Source: Salpingoeca rosetta
Taxonomy: Eukaryota; Protista; Choanoflagellata
Assembly (NCBI GenBank): GCA_033442325.1
Contig: JAWQFM010000011.1
Span: 1,587,578 to 1,651,577 of the forward strand
DNA length: 64,000 bases
Reading direction: 5' to 3'
Shown: in pieces, positions 1-21,484 of the stretch
Layout of the letters: every line of letters starts with the position of its first letter
How positions within the stretch are numbered: the first letter of the stretch is position 1
Notes under the pieces: model-generated
What the model was told of the DNA's origin: nothing
What the model saw: only the letters and a program-made list of their open reading frames with translations
The model's database searches: none
Translations under genes and position numbers: made by a program

Positions 1-2325
<2,325 letters not shown>

Positions 2326-2462
2326 GTCGTCGTCGTTGTGTGAATGAACCAGGGGGTTTGTCAAATCAGAAGAGCATCAATGTATGTAACAAGGCGGACA
2401 CCCAAACAAAAACAACACAAGCGAGCGGATATGCGCTGCTTTGTTGTTGGTTCCTTTTCATG

Positions 2463-2466
<4 letters not shown>

Positions 2467-2518
<52 letters not shown>
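2467..2518. repeat. (CT)n microsatellite
   Basis: Direct reading. Confidence 0.95.
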
Positions 2519-2522
<4 letters not shown>

Positions 2523-2748
2523 ATCCCTTTGCTTCTTCAGTTTCTTCGCTTTCGAATGTGTTGTTGATGGATGAGGTGTATTGGGGGCAGCACAATGGTA
2601 CAGAGGGCACAAAGAACTCCTCTCAAACTCAACTCACACAGCGGAGCAGAGCAGGCAAGCACAGTGCACCATCCAAGGCCATTGAATCAACGTAGGGAAG
2701 AAACAGGGGGGGGTGCGTGACAAGCGTGCACGCAGAAGCACAAATGGC

Positions 2749-3729
<981 letters not shown>

Positions 3730-3824
3730 TTATGTTGCTCCTCCGCCACGCAAGCATTACATTACAGCAACTCAACGACAATGCCTCCGAATATTACATA
3801 AAGATATAGCATAGAAATCCCTTC

Positions 3825-3837
3825 TTCGCGAATTTTC
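3825..3837. promoter_or_regulatory. Heat-shock element (TTCnnGAAnnTTC) upstream of polyubiquitin
   Basis: TTCgcGAAttTTC is a perfect three-unit HSE next to an AT-rich patch (3790-3815). Polyubiquitin genes are classic HSF targets. Confidence 0.7.
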
Positions 3838-4156
3838 TCGCACAGTCGAGCAACTGCCGCGGACATGTGAGTCAGCACTTTTTGGAGGATGACACAGGAT
3901 GACGCCGCCAAGCTTCTTGGCGCGGTCTGGTGGGAAACGCGCGGGTGAGTCACGTTTGCAGGTGGGAGTTTGCGTTGTGTCAACATGTCAGTGTGATGAC
4001 ACTCGTGTTACAGTGGGTGGGTGTTTCTGCGTTTGTGCGGGTAACATGTGTGATGGGATGGCATGGGATGTGTGTGGGCGCACGACAAATGCTTGTGTGA
4101 CATGACACATGCATCTGTGCGTCACGTGTGTGTGTGTGTGTGTGCGTGTGTGTGTG

Positions 4157-4247
<91 letters not shown>

Positions 4248-4293
4248 GTGTGTGTGTGTGTATCATTGGTGTGAGGTGGACAAGCGAGTGTGT

Positions 4294-8280
<3,987 letters not shown>

Positions 8281-8602
8281 CACTGCTGGCTGGCTGCTGG
8301 CTGGTTGCGATCGAGAGCCACGGGTCACGACAGCACAAATTTTGTAACCGCCGAATTCAAATCCAAACCACCAACAACCAACGACCAACAACGACCACCA
8401 GCCACCGGCCGGCACACCACCTCAACCACCAGCACACCACCGACCCATCAAAGCTAGCGAGCAAAGCAGCACACTTCTCCTTCCTGAGGGGGGAGGTGTC
8501 TCACAGGCCACACGTCTCACACTGCAACACAAAGTGGAAAAAGGGAAGGCGTGATCATTTGTTGTGGCTGTCTGTGCAGCCAGGGTCACACAACGCTGCA
8601 GG

Positions 8603-9788
8603 ATGAGACCACAGCAACAGGGGCGCCACGATGGGGGAGACCATGCTGGTGCCGTTGTTGAGGCGCGTTTCAAGGCCCTACGGCAACGGCTGGACCAGCT
8701 GGGTTATCGCCAACCTTTGGGCATCGAGTCCCTCCCACTCGTGGACAAGCTATTCAGGTGAAGATGGCGATGTAATGATAATGACAGGGTGGTGGTACAC
8801 GTGCTTGGGTTTGTGGTCGGCAGCCTTCATTGACTGTTTGCAAGCTTCACCTTCTGCTTGCAGCCTCCATAATGCTCCACATCAACACCGCTACAGCTTA
8901 TTTCACATTGACAGCTCATTTCACTTCCACAACTCTCTCCACAACCGATTCCACGTTTGCCTCTCCCCTCATGCATCTCTCTATCCTTGTGTTGATCCAT
9001 TCCGTTGTGGTAACTTCTGCTTCCAATGCAGCGACTTGCTGCACACCACGCTTTCTCTCAAGCAAGCAAAGGAGCAGATGGCACGCCAAGACCGCGGGGA
9101 GGGCGAGCACACCCCTGACCTGATTGCACCATACAAAGAAGACAACGCCAAGCTTGTCAAAGAAGTCAACGAGCTCCACATGGAAATTGTCCGACGCAAG
9201 GATGTCGCAGATGCGCAGACAAAGACACTCAAAGCACACATGAGACAGGTGCGCGCGCACGTGTGTCTGTGTGTGTGTGTGTGTGTGTGTCTCTGTGTGT
9301 CTGTGTGTGTGTCTCTGTGTCTCTGTGTCTCTGTGTGTGTCTGCCTGTCTGTCTGTCTGTGTTTCGGGGGGCATGTGTACCTGTCTCTTGCTTGTCTCTG
9401 TGTGCGTCTATGCCTGTGTCTGTGCCTTGTTGTGCTTGCATGCATGTGTTCGTCCGTGTGCCTGTGTGTCTATTGTCTCTGTCTGTGTGTCTATGTGCCT
9501 GTGCACACGTCTGTTATCCACGTTCGTGCATGCATGGCCGCGTTAACGTCTTATGCTTCTCACCCCTTTCTTGCTGACAATCATGCTTCCACTGCCACGT
9601 GATACTCGATCTGCCATCTTCATGCGTAGCTGCAACATGAGAACGCAGACTTGCGTTTCCTCAATTCCCAGTACGCGCAGCAAATCAAGTCGCTTGAGAA
9701 AGAGAGTGACGTCCGCCAGAAACGCATCGACCGCCTGCTGGAGAAGAACCTTCAGGTCCGCGCAACATGAGACGACACACCGCGCGTG

Positions 9789-9826
<38 letters not shown>

Positions 9827-10466
9827 TGTGTACTTGCGCACGTGTGTGTGTGTGTGTGTGTGTCACATGCTACCAACTAGAACAGAGACACACCACTATC
9901 TGCATTCTGCTGCTGGCTCACACAATGCTCGTCAAACCTCCAGGCCGTCATCACGACACCGGAAGGCAACGAAGCCACAATTCCAACGCGCCGGCAGAGG
10001 ATGGAGGTGACGTTCTGCCACAGCACAAGCACGCACCCACACACAAACACACACACACACACACACACTCACACACACACACTCACACACACACACACAC
10101 ACACAGCTTTCAATAGCGGTTGCGTATTTTGTGGTGAACCTCACTGACAGCAGAACTCATCCTTGCGCACCAACACTGACTCACCACCACCACCACCACC
10201 ACCGCGGTCTCCATCGTTTCATCGCCGCTGTGCATGTAGATGACAAAGATGCTGCCACCAGCTGTCGTCAGCAGTCAGCCAGCACCCGCACCACCGCAGC
10301 AGCAGCACGTGAATGTACTCAGGGCCGCAGAGAAGCGGGTATGTGCAGACGTGACAGGGGTGGTTGTGCTTGTCTTGGTATGAGTATGCGTGTGCGTGTG
10401 TCTGTACGCATGTGTGTGTGTGACTGTGCGTGTGTCTTGTGTGTGTGTGTCTTGTGTGTGTGTGTG

Positions 10467-10505
<39 letters not shown>

Positions 10506-12074
10506 GCGCATGTGCATGTGTGTGTATGACTGTGAGTATGTGACTGTGATTCACACGTTTGCATGCACACCGCATGATCTGGTTGCCAATGTGTTGTGCA
10601 GACCAAAGGCATGCAAGCACGCATCACGCAGTTGGAGACGGAGAAGAAAACAATTGATGCGAAAATTGAAGCCATGCAGGCACAGGTGTGTGTAAGTGTG
10701 TGTAAGTATGTGTAAGTGTGTTCACGTATGTACACGTGCATGCGTGTGTGTTTGATCCTCTGATTATCTTGTGTGCAGCGCTCGTTGTTGTGTTCAAGAT
10801 ACGTGCCTTACTCACCATGCAACACCCGCACGCGTATTCATGTGCAGGTTGCTCGTCGGGACAAAGAAATCGAACGTCTTGGAGATCTCCTCCAGGTAAA
10901 CAAACATGTGTGTGCATGTGTGTACATGCGTGTGTCTTTGGTTGGTGTTGGGGCTTGCCAACGATGTTGGCCATTGTCACTTTTGTTCATGTATAGAAGC
11001 CATTCCCCCTTGCACTCGCTGGCATGTGCCATGCACAAACCCTTCAACCTCACTCAAACACACACGCACACACACTCTCTCTCACTTGTGCTTCCTCATT
11101 CGCGCTCACTCATACACACACGCGCGCTCACAAATGTACACACTCACACACACACACACTCTCTCTCTCTCTCTCACGCGCTCACAAACGCACACACTCA
11201 CACATTCACACTCACACATTTACACTTCACATTCACAGGGCGGGCGTCCGCTCGAAAGTCTTCGCGCGGAAACACGAAAAGTTTCAGCGTCGCGGCAAAT
11301 TGCAAAGCTCGAAACACAGGTCAGAGATATGTGATGAACGGGCACGTGGCAACAACCGGAACCAACGCCTGGGAGCATGATTGCGTGTGCATATGTGTGT
11401 GGGTGGGTGTGTGGATGTGGATGTGTGGGTGGGTGTGTGTGTGAATGTGTGTGTCAATCAAGTTGGCCGTCAAACACAGCACAATGTCGCTAACTTTGAG
11501 CAATCCCATGCACGCATCACATCGCCAACACTCTGCACGTGCACGCGCACGCGTGTCCTTATCGTGGCACAGGTCGACTTCTTGCAAACGACCAACAAGC
11601 AGTTGCAGGATGAACTTGTGGTAGCGACTCAGTCCGCAGAATCAAACGCCGTCATGGTGTGTGTGTGTGTGTATGACTTTGTATGGATGTGCGCACTACA
11701 CCGTGTTCGTGCATGCAAGCCTCAGATGTGGTGCGCGCGCGCGTGTGTGTGTGTGTGTCTGTGTCTGTGTGTGTGTATGTCTGTCTGTCTGTGTGTGTGT
11801 GTATGTGTGTGTGTTCCGCGTCAAGCGATTCACTGCCACAATTCGTGCACAACAAACCAACAGTTCTGCCTCCCCTTGCTTTGTGACACACGCCCATCAT
11901 TCGCCCCCCCCCCTCCACCCGAACACGCCACATGTTCCCTCTATTGCTGCCCAGGTGGCAGAGTTACAAGCGCGAAACGATCAACTTGCTGTCGAACTCG
12001 CCCGCCTTGACCAGTGCGTACGGAGACCTGCCTGTGTGTGTGTCTGTCTGTCTGTCTGTCTGTCTGTGTCTGTG

Positions 12075-12114
<40 letters not shown>

Positions 12115-14711
12115 CGAATGCTTTGAGGTGGATGGTTGCTTTGCATGTGGTTACCACTTCCGGAGTGCTTGCATGTACGACACCATACACAAGCGCGCCG
12201 TATGTGCATGCCCGCTCACATGTGCGCACATGCACACGTGCATGCAGCCTGGCTGGCGAGCTCGAGAAGGAGAAGGCAACAAACGCCCACCGACAATCGC
12301 GTCAGCAACAGAAGGTGGACAAATGAACTTGCGATTGCATACATGTTGGGAGTGTGTGTGTGTGTGTGTGTGTGCTTGAGCACGTGTATGCGCATGCTCC
12401 TTTTTAAGGCCGCTTTGTACCATTGTCGCATTCGCGCAAACCCCAAGTTCTATCACGTTGGCCCTTGCTTGTTCCCTCACTCCACACCATCACTCACCAT
12501 GTTATCACACATCACACGCGTGCGTACATGCCCACCACCACCACCATCACCATCACCACCACCATCACCATCACCATCACCATCACCATCACCATCCACC
12601 ATCACCATCACCATCACCACCACCATCACCATCACCATCACCACCACCATCACCATCACCACCACCATCACCATCACCATCACCATCACCATCACCATCA
12701 CCATCACCATCACCACCACCATCACCACCACCATCACCATCACCATCACCATCACCACCACCACCACCACCACCATCACCACCACCATCACCATCACCAT
12801 CACCATCACCATCACCACCACCATCACCATCACCACCACCACCACCATCACCACCACCACCACCATCACCATCACCATCACCATCACCATCACCATCACC
12901 ACTGTGGCACTCAGCAGCAGCAGCGGCTGGCACACGAGCAGGATGTCGTGCGCAGTAGGATGCGCGCAGCGGCGGGATTGCAACTCACACAACAGCAGCT
13001 CAAGGTGAGAGGTGCATGTTCAGAAACTTTGGACACGCGCGCGCGCACACATCCACCAGCGCTTGTTGTCGCACGCTCACATACCGGCGCACACACACAC
13101 ACACACACACACATTCACACACACGCACATTCACACACACACATTCATTCACACACACGCGTGTTGTGCTGGCGGGCACAGCGGGAAAACGAGTATCTTG
13201 TGCATTCGCTGAGTCAGCAGAAACAGGAGATTGCGGCGCTGCGCTTGGATATTGACAAGCTCGTCGATGACAACGAGTGCGTCGCAATGTTGTGACATTT
13301 TGATTTTCACCATGAACTGTCTTACTGTGGTGACTATTCATCGTTTACATTGACTTGTTTGTCCTGTTTTGCCACAGACACACACACACACACAAGTCCG
13401 AGGCAACGTGCACACAACACAAGCCAGTGCAGGCACAGCCAACCACGAACCAAACCTACACACTTCCGTGTCCATCAGTTCAATTGCTTCCACAACCACG
13501 TACTCACCCACTCACTCGCTCCTCCTCAATTTGAACCATGCTCACAGATTCCTCAAGTCGCAGCTCACGGCAGAGCAACGCGCACACGCAGAGGCGAACA
13601 GGAAGCTGTACAGATCAGCACTGCATCCAAACACGCCGCAGCAGCCGCACGCACACCAGAACCGACACCACCGCAAGCACGCGCACGACAAGGCAGAGCA
13701 GCCTCCATCGCCCTCCTCTTCGCGATCGTCGTCGTCACCGTCATCGTCACCATCAACGGCCCAAGGCAACACCACGGCGAGCGCGGATGCCAGCGGCCGT
13801 TCGGACGGCTCTGCACACGTGACGAAGGAGGTGTGGCGAGCAATGCAGGCACGCATGGAAGAACTGGACAGGCAGTTGTCCTTCCTCGAGGCGCAGGTGG
13901 GAAACATGTGGTTTTGATTGCGCATTCGGTTTGGTTGATGGGTCGGTTGGTTTGTTTGTGCGTGAATGCACGTGTGTATGTGTGTACGTGTGTGTGTGTA
14001 TGTGTATGTGTGTGCGTGTGCGTGTATGTGTATGTGTGTGTGTGTGTCACATGCGCAGTTCGTACACATATCTGCGTGCTCGTTCGTCAATCACTCCGCG
14101 TCGTACGTGTTTGCATGTGCGTGTGTTTATTCGTCTCACTCGTGTATGCGCAGGCTCATCCATCCCTTCACCTGTTGTCATATGCAACCCGCACACTGCA
14201 TGTCACCAGGATGTGCGACGGGAGGAACACCTTCGCGCTGCAATCGCAGAACGCGATCAATATCGCCAACTGTGCCGACAACTGGCAAACACACAGAACT
14301 CACAGCAACCACAGCAACCACAGCAAAGGGGCCTTAATGATACGCACAGCATTTCAGGCAGCGAAGCAGGCAGTTCAGTTGAACAGCCACAGCAGCGCCA
14401 ATCGCACGGCCGCCTGGAGAAGCAGTGGCGTGACGCGTGCGAAGAAATCTCGCGGCTGACGGCAACCAACCGGGCGCTGCAGGCACAGCTGCACGAACGC
14501 AATGAGGAGCTGAAGCGCATGCGATCGGAGTGGAGTGCAGCCCAGGGCACAATGCAGTCTGCCCAGTTGCAAGCGCAGCGCGCCATCGAATCAGAGGTTT
14601 GTGTGTTTGTGTCTGTGTGTGTCTGTGTGTCTGTGTATCTGCGTGTCTGTCTCTGTGTGTCTCTGTGTGTGTGTGTGTTTGTGTGCCTGTGTCTGTGTGT
14701 CTGTGTGTTTG

Positions 14712-14745
<34 letters not shown>

Positions 14746-16295
14746 CATGTATGTGTCTGTCTGTGTCTGTGTACATCTGTCTGCGAGCATGTGTGTCTGT
14801 GTGTTTGTGTGTGTGTGTCTGTTTCTGTGTTTATATTTGTGTGTCTGTGTGTCTGTGTGTCTGTGTACATCTGTCTGCGTGCATGTGTGTCTTGGTGTGT
14901 AATGACCTTGGCCTTGCGGCCTTTCTGTTCTCACCAACACATGTGAACGCGTCCCCACCACTCTCCCTCGACCACACACGTGCGCCGTACACGCCCTCCA
15001 GCGCCATGTTGAGGATCTAAAGGTGCAGTTGCGCAACTGCCGTGACGATTTGCAGCGGAAAAATGATGATGCTGCAGCATTTGAAGAAAAAATTGTCACC
15101 CTCGAACAACAGGTGACGCGGGAGCTGACGATGTTATGGTGTGCAATGACGTGTATGACATGGCTGCATGTCACATAATCACGTGTTCGTGTTTGTGTGT
15201 TGGGGGAGGGTTTCGAATCAAATGCACAGGCTGTCAAAACAAAGTAAGCGATGCACGCATACAACATCCTATCACTCACGCATGCGTTTGTGTTTTGTGT
15301 TTGCTTCCCAGATTCATCTCCTCAAAGCAGAGAACAGACAGCTTGCTGCAAACCCAGCGCACCAGCGCACTGTCAACCAGTTGGTACGCACGCTGTTTGC
15401 TGCACACGTATGTGTGTGTGTTGGGGGTGTGTGTTGTGTGTGGGTGTGGGTGTGGGGGGAGGGGTGTTGGCGTATTTGTGTGTTTGTGTTCAGGTGCGAA
15501 TGTCTGCCTCTGTATTCCTCCCTGTGTGTGGCTGTACGTATGCACACAGCAATGCAAGTGTGTAAGGAATGAGCTTGCCTGTGCCCTCATGCTTGCGGTA
15601 ATGTCACTATGTGTTCCTTGGCTGTTCTCTTCCTTCTACGTTTTGCAGACACAAGAAAACGAAGAGCTGCAGCGTCAGTTGGCGCAGTTCAAGGTATGCG
15701 GGCGTGTCTGTATTGTTTTGTGTCTGTGTGCGTGTGTGTCTGTATGGCTGCATGTCTTCGTCTCTGTGCGCCTGTGTGCGTCCCGTACTTGCACCACACA
15801 CAAACACACACACGCATACAATACGACATGCCGTTGCCACTGAGAGTTGCGGGCATCACCGTGACATGAACGCTCAACTGCTCGCCGACACGTGTGCTGT
15901 TGCCTCTTGACAGAGACAAGTAAAGCAGCTGGATGCCAAGTATCGGGAGGAGCAAGCAAAGGTGACGCACACAATGGGCAGGCGTGATGACATGCTGAGG
16001 CAGATGGACGAAGCGGTAGGTCAACGCGTACAAGTCGTGGGGTCGACAGTGTCAGCATATGAGGGCGGTTCAGTACTCATTGGTTGGTGAGCTTGTACCC
16101 TATCTCATGTGCTTGCTCATGGCCTCCTCCCTGCTGGTAACATGGTTGGCTGGTGCTGCCAACGCTACCACCATCCCCATCCATCATCACTCGCTACAGT
16201 GGCAGCGGTCAGCAGAGATGCAGGAGGAATTGCAGCAACTGCAGGTGCGATGATGGCTGTGCCTGTGCGGGCGCGTGTTTGTGTGTCCGTGTGTC

Positions 16296-16337
<42 letters not shown>

Positions 16338-16926
16338 TGTTGTCTGTTGTCTGTGAGTCTGTCTGTGTCTGTGTGTCCGTGTGTCTGTGCGTGCGTGTGT
16401 GTGTGTGTGTCTGTGTGTGTACGTGTGAATACTGTGGCTCTGCATCCATGTGTCTTGTACATCTTATATCTGACAATGAACGGAGCACACACGACATGCG
16501 CTTGCACAAATTTCAGCGTGAGCGCGATCAAGCGCAGGAAGCAGCGACGACGTTGAGAGAGCAACTGCAGCGAGTACGATGAACACAGTGTGATGAGAAG
16601 TGATAATGGCTGTGCGCTTGGGTGATTGCTGTTGGATCCATGCGCGTCAAGCAGCAGTATATGTGTGTATGTGCATGTGTGTGTGTGCACGTGCGGCCAC
16701 CCGCGCACACTCACCGCTCCCGTTGCACTGCACTGTGCTTGTTGATTCAGAACACGCTCTTTGAACGACAGTGTGGGACGCTTGAGGGGCAGATTGAAGC
16801 AATGCAGCGGCAGCTGGTGGAGAGAAACAGAACAATTCAGGAGCAACAGCAGGACCTGGACATGATGACGCACGAGTATTCACGTGTACAAAGGTGTGCG
16901 TGAGCTCCGTGTGTGTGTGTGTGAGC

Positions 16927-16983
<57 letters not shown>

Positions 16984-17608
16984 GTATGCAGGATCACATG
17001 TACACTTGGTTGGTGCGTGTGCGATATTGCGTGCCCCCAATGGCATTGCAAGCTGACGCTGTGGCATGAGGCATGCATCCTCACTCACATATGCCCTTGC
17101 TTGCTTGCTTGCACAATGACGTGCAGGCAACTTGAGGTTGCAGACCAGCTTCGCAGCCGCATCCAGGTGGGGCAGCTGCGCACACATTCGCACACATTCA
17201 CACACATTCACACACATTCACACACATTCACACACATTCACACACATTCACACACATTCACACACATTCACACACATTCACACACATTCACACACATTCA
17301 CACACATGCAAGTGCATGCATACGCGCACAAGGCCTGTTCCGCGCGTATTGCTCGCTGAGCAACGAGACATCGAGTTTGGAGTCGAAACTGACGGAGCTT
17401 GGCGAGTCAAGGTCAAGCTCGGAGCGCCAACACGACCACACGCGGCCGTTCCCTGGTGCTGTGGCCATGATGGCGACATCCGCACGAGGAGGGGTATGTT
17501 GTAATGCCCAGCTTGCACATATGCTCGTGCTGCTTCAACTGCTTGCAGATGTGGTCTGTTCACGTGTCTGTGTCTGTGTGTGTGTATCTGCGTCGGTGTA
17601 TCTGTGTG

Positions 17609-17682
<74 letters not shown>

Positions 17683-18080
17683 GCCTCACTCACTGTGTGC
17701 GTGTGTGCAGTTTGCGCGATGGAGATCCGGTCGTGATTCTCCGATGAATTCGGGCGACTTTACGACCAGGTGCGTTCGTGGTGATCGTGGCAGTGTCTTG
17801 TGTGGTGGTGGTGGTGGTGGTGGTGGTCGTCGTCGTCGTCGTGGTGGTGGTGGTGAGCATTGCCCTCGTTCAGCAGCGCATTGTGCTCGTGACAACATGG
17901 GCTGTGTATGCACGCAACAACTACCCGCACCTTCCATTATCAGGCTCACAGCAGAGAACATGGGGTGCATGCACGTCATTTGGGTTGTGCAGATCGTCGA
18001 GCCGACGCTTTGGCGGCAGCACTGACGCATCGCAACGCCGTGAGGATGACGTACACAGCGACCTCCTGCAACAACAACAA

Positions 18081-18112
<32 letters not shown>

Positions 18113-18428
18113 TCAGCAGCAGTCCTCGTCGCGTGGGGAAGGACGGACTGCCGCATATCCACAAGGTGATGACACGGACACGTCCATGTCACCGCAGACA
18201 ACGCCGACGGCTTCGCGTGCGCGCGTGCATGTGCAGCACCAAGAAGGTGACGGTGAGAAAAGTGGTGCTCGCGATGGTGGTGGTGAGGAGGAGGAGGAGG
18301 AAGGAGACGGTGACAGGGCAAGAGTTCTCCCCGTTGAGAGTGATTTGAGTGCAATGCTGAACGCAACTGACTCTGACGAGGAAGGCAGCGAAGGTGATGA
18401 CCATGACAGCGATGCATCTCACACCTGA
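8603..18428 (+). CDS. CEP135: Centrosomal protein CEP135/Bld10 homologue, >20 exons, coiled coil
   Basis: [30 protein letters not shown]|[64 protein letters not shown] and QVDFLQ match CEP135. A GT-AG exon chain can be kept in phase to the stop at 18428; the last exons are less certain. Confidence 0.93.
12535..12902. repeat. Intronic (CACCAT)/(CAC)n low-complexity tract
   Basis: Lies in the CEP135 intron between the donor near 12315 and the acceptor near 12914. Confidence 0.9.
17181..17306. repeat. Intronic 10-mer tandem repeat (CACACATTCA)n, ~12 copies
   Basis: Direct reading. Confidence 0.9.
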
Positions 18429-18753
18429 TGTCGATGTGAGCGCAGGCGGTACGCGACGACGAGCTTGCGACGTGAGTGTGTGTTGATTTCTTCGGGCGGC
18501 GAGGTGCCTTTGTTCACATTCCCTCGCGTGTTACACATCCCATCTCTCTTTGTTCATTGAAATACTTCTTGCTTACATACATGATGCTGTGTATTGAGGG
18601 GGTTGAAGGGGAGCCGTGGGTTACAGAAGGAGGGAAGGCAGTGTCAGATAGAGTGTGTGACTTCAGTAAAGAAACCCTTACATGGACGGCACGAATAGGA
18701 TTGAGTGGGATCGTGTAATCGTGCTGGGGAGAGTGGTGGAGGGAAGGAGTCAG

Positions 18754-19411
18754 TTACTGGGCATGGCGCTGCGGGGCGTCTTCGCGAATGCGCTCCGAGA
18801 GAACGACAAGGATGGCTGCATGCTGCCGGCAGGCTTCGTCTTCGCCGTACCGGATGATGCCGACCATGTGGGCGTAAAAGTCTTCCAGGTTGACCGTGTG
18901 GTCGTAGAGTGCTTGCACAAGCTCCTTGCCTTCGTCATTGGTGTTTGAGAGAGCGCGAAAGAGCTCCACCAGTGCCATGGGGCGGTAGGATGCCACGAGG
19001 GCCACTGGGCGTGAATGATCGGCAGGCGATGAAAGAAGGCGATACAGTTCGTCAGGTCAAGCAAGCACCAGGGTGAGCCTGCGAGCATTACTGGAGGACG
19101 CAAGGTTGGGCTGCTCAGACCAATGCCGAGTCACCCACTCAGGTGCGTCGCAAAGCATGCCGCGCGCACTTGCACGAAGCGACGAGCATATGGCTCGCTG
19201 ACTCTCACTCAAGTGCATCGCGGACAGGAGATTGTAGGTAGGCAGCATGGCTCTTACTGTTTGCGCAGGCGAAGCTTCTCTCCGCTTCGTAGATTTCCTC
19301 GTCAGCCAGGAGCTGCATGACGGTCACTGGCTCGCGATACACCTCCTCTTCTTCCATGATCTCCGTGATCTGCTCGTACCCTGAGTGCGTGAATTCAGCT
19401 CGTTCTGGCAT
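18754..19411 (-). CDS. Hypothetical ~134-aa acidic helical protein, 2 coding exons
   Basis: MPERAEF...SFACAN ends at a GTAAG donor (~19256) and joins in phase at a CAG acceptor (~19005) to MALVASYRPMALVELF...QRHAQ*. Composition is coding-like. Confidence 0.6.
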
Positions 19412-19802
19412 GGCTATCTCGCAGTGTGGTGCGATTGGATGTGTGTGTGTGTGTGTGTGCGTGCGTGCGTGTGTGTGTGTGTGTGCGTGCGTGTGTGTGT
19501 GTGTGTGTGTGTATGAGTGTGTGTGTGTGTCAGTACATGGAGCAGGTACATATGCATGTTACACAGAGGCGTGAATATGCGGATGTAACGCGTGCTCATC
19601 GGTGAACTTTCACGCGCATGGGCCCGTGTGCAGCACCCACCACTGCACATGCCACCCCAAAACACACTCTGTCGTGAGCACTGGTGCTGTATATACACCC
19701 GCAACATCACAACAAGCGGAAGACAGGGTGGGGGACTTCACTTACTTGCTTGTTGCTTTGCTCGCTCAAGTGCTGAGATTACCTTGCTGGTGGGCTGTCT
19801 AG

Positions 19803-19964
<162 letters not shown>

Positions 19965-20301
19965 TGTGGGTTGTGCGTCGTGGTATGTGTGATGTGATGT
20001 TAACCCCTTCGTCTTGCGCGTGTTGTTTGTGTTGCGCGTGTTGCTTGTGTTGCTTGTGTTTTGTCTGGGCGTTGTACGGCTAGGATCAAGGTGAACAAGG
20101 TCACTTCGCGTCACGTCACATCAGTGAAATTGTTCAAGATAGTGCATACTGAACGTGTCTTTGAATCGCGCGGCACCGTTGAGGAAACGTGACGAAAGAC
20201 TTGCATGCTTCTTGCGTCCTTCATGAAGAAACGCACGCGAAAGTCAGCAGCGCTTCATACGATTCGGGTTTCCTCTTTGAAGCATGACGTCATTTGCGCC
20301 C

Positions 20302-20374
20302 GGGGTAGTGGCTTAGTGGCTATAGCGATCGGCTGCAGTCCGATTGGTCGGTGGTTCGAGTCCACCCTGCCCCT
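20302..20374 (+). tRNA. tRNA-Cys (GCA), intronless
   Basis: Acceptor stem GGGGTAG/CTGCCCC, A-box TGGCTTAGTGG, anticodon stem ATCGG/CCGAT with loop CT-GCA-GT, B-box GGTTCGAGTCC, U73 discriminator, downstream T-run. Confidence 0.95.
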
Positions 20375-20378
20375 GTGG

Positions 20379-20389
20379 TTTTCTTTTTT
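20379..20389 (+). terminator. Pol III oligo-T terminator of tRNA-Cys
   Basis: TTTTCTTTTTT a few nt after the tRNA 3' end. Confidence 0.75.
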
Positions 20390-21484
20390 GCAGGCTCTCT
20401 TCTTTTCATACGCATGCGTGTGTGCTGTGTGTGTGCGCGCGTGCGTGTGTGTGTGTGCGTGTGTGTGTGTGTGTGTGTGGGTATAAAGTGCTTGATACGT
20501 TCGAGCACTCTGGCTCTCCCTGAACGCGTGGACGCGGGCACATGCTAAGGTCGTGCTCACGTGCTAAGGTGCTCGATCCAGTCCACCACAACACACTGCA
20601 CCCAAACTGACACAACAAACACACATTCAAAATTGGCGGCAATTTTTTCTCTTCTGTCGACAGGAAAAGCGGTAGTGGCACGGCGGTGACGCCATATATC
20701 GCGTCATCCAAGCAAGCCATGAGAGATGATGTCTTCTTCACCTGTTGACGAGCAAGAAGCGTGCTCTCAGGCGCCCTGCCCACTCCATTTCGCCCTGCCT
20801 GCCACCTCCCTCCCTCATTCTTCTAACTTCATCTTGCAATCATTGCGGTTGAGAGCACGTCATTTTCCGCATTCCTTGCCGTTCAACATGTTCAGTGCCC
20901 TCTCTCTCTGGTTGGGGCACCCTGCTCCTCGAGCAGGACTTGCTGCCTGCAAGCAAAGGGGAGACGTGCGCTGTTGCATCGTGAACAAGCTGCCCAACCC
21001 CATTGAACTTTGAAAATGACGCGAGACCATCGCGCCATCACGTCATCGCTGAGCTCTTGTCGTGTGCTCGGTGTGCTACCGTCACACCCGTACAATGCAT
21101 CTTGATTGTTCTCTGCCCCAGTCCCCAAAACAAGCAAACACAACACTGCTAGTGCGTGTGTGCGCGCCACGTTGGTGGGTGAATGGTACCACGCGAGAGT
21201 GCTAGAGTGCTGTGCGTGAGCTCTACACCCTTTTTTGTTTGTTGTGCATGCGTGTACGTGTGTGTGTGTGCGTGCGCGTGGTCATTTTCCTTTCCTTCGT
21301 CTTCCCCAGCTGAGCGTCTCCCCTCGTGCGCGACTTGTTCACTGACCTTGTGTTATCGCCCTCCTGATTAGCTGCACACCGGTTCGTCCCCTTCCACTCG
21401 CCTCTGGCACAGGCTCGCCCGTCTTCAACAATCTCCCGCCCGCTCCCAGCACTCACTAACTCACAGCACCCGACCACGTCCACC

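Noticed and set aside
12423-13295. Poly-His, poly-Thr/Ile and extensin-like SP ORFs
   Set aside because: The (CACCAT)n tract lies in a CEP135 intron whose flanking exons join in phase without it.
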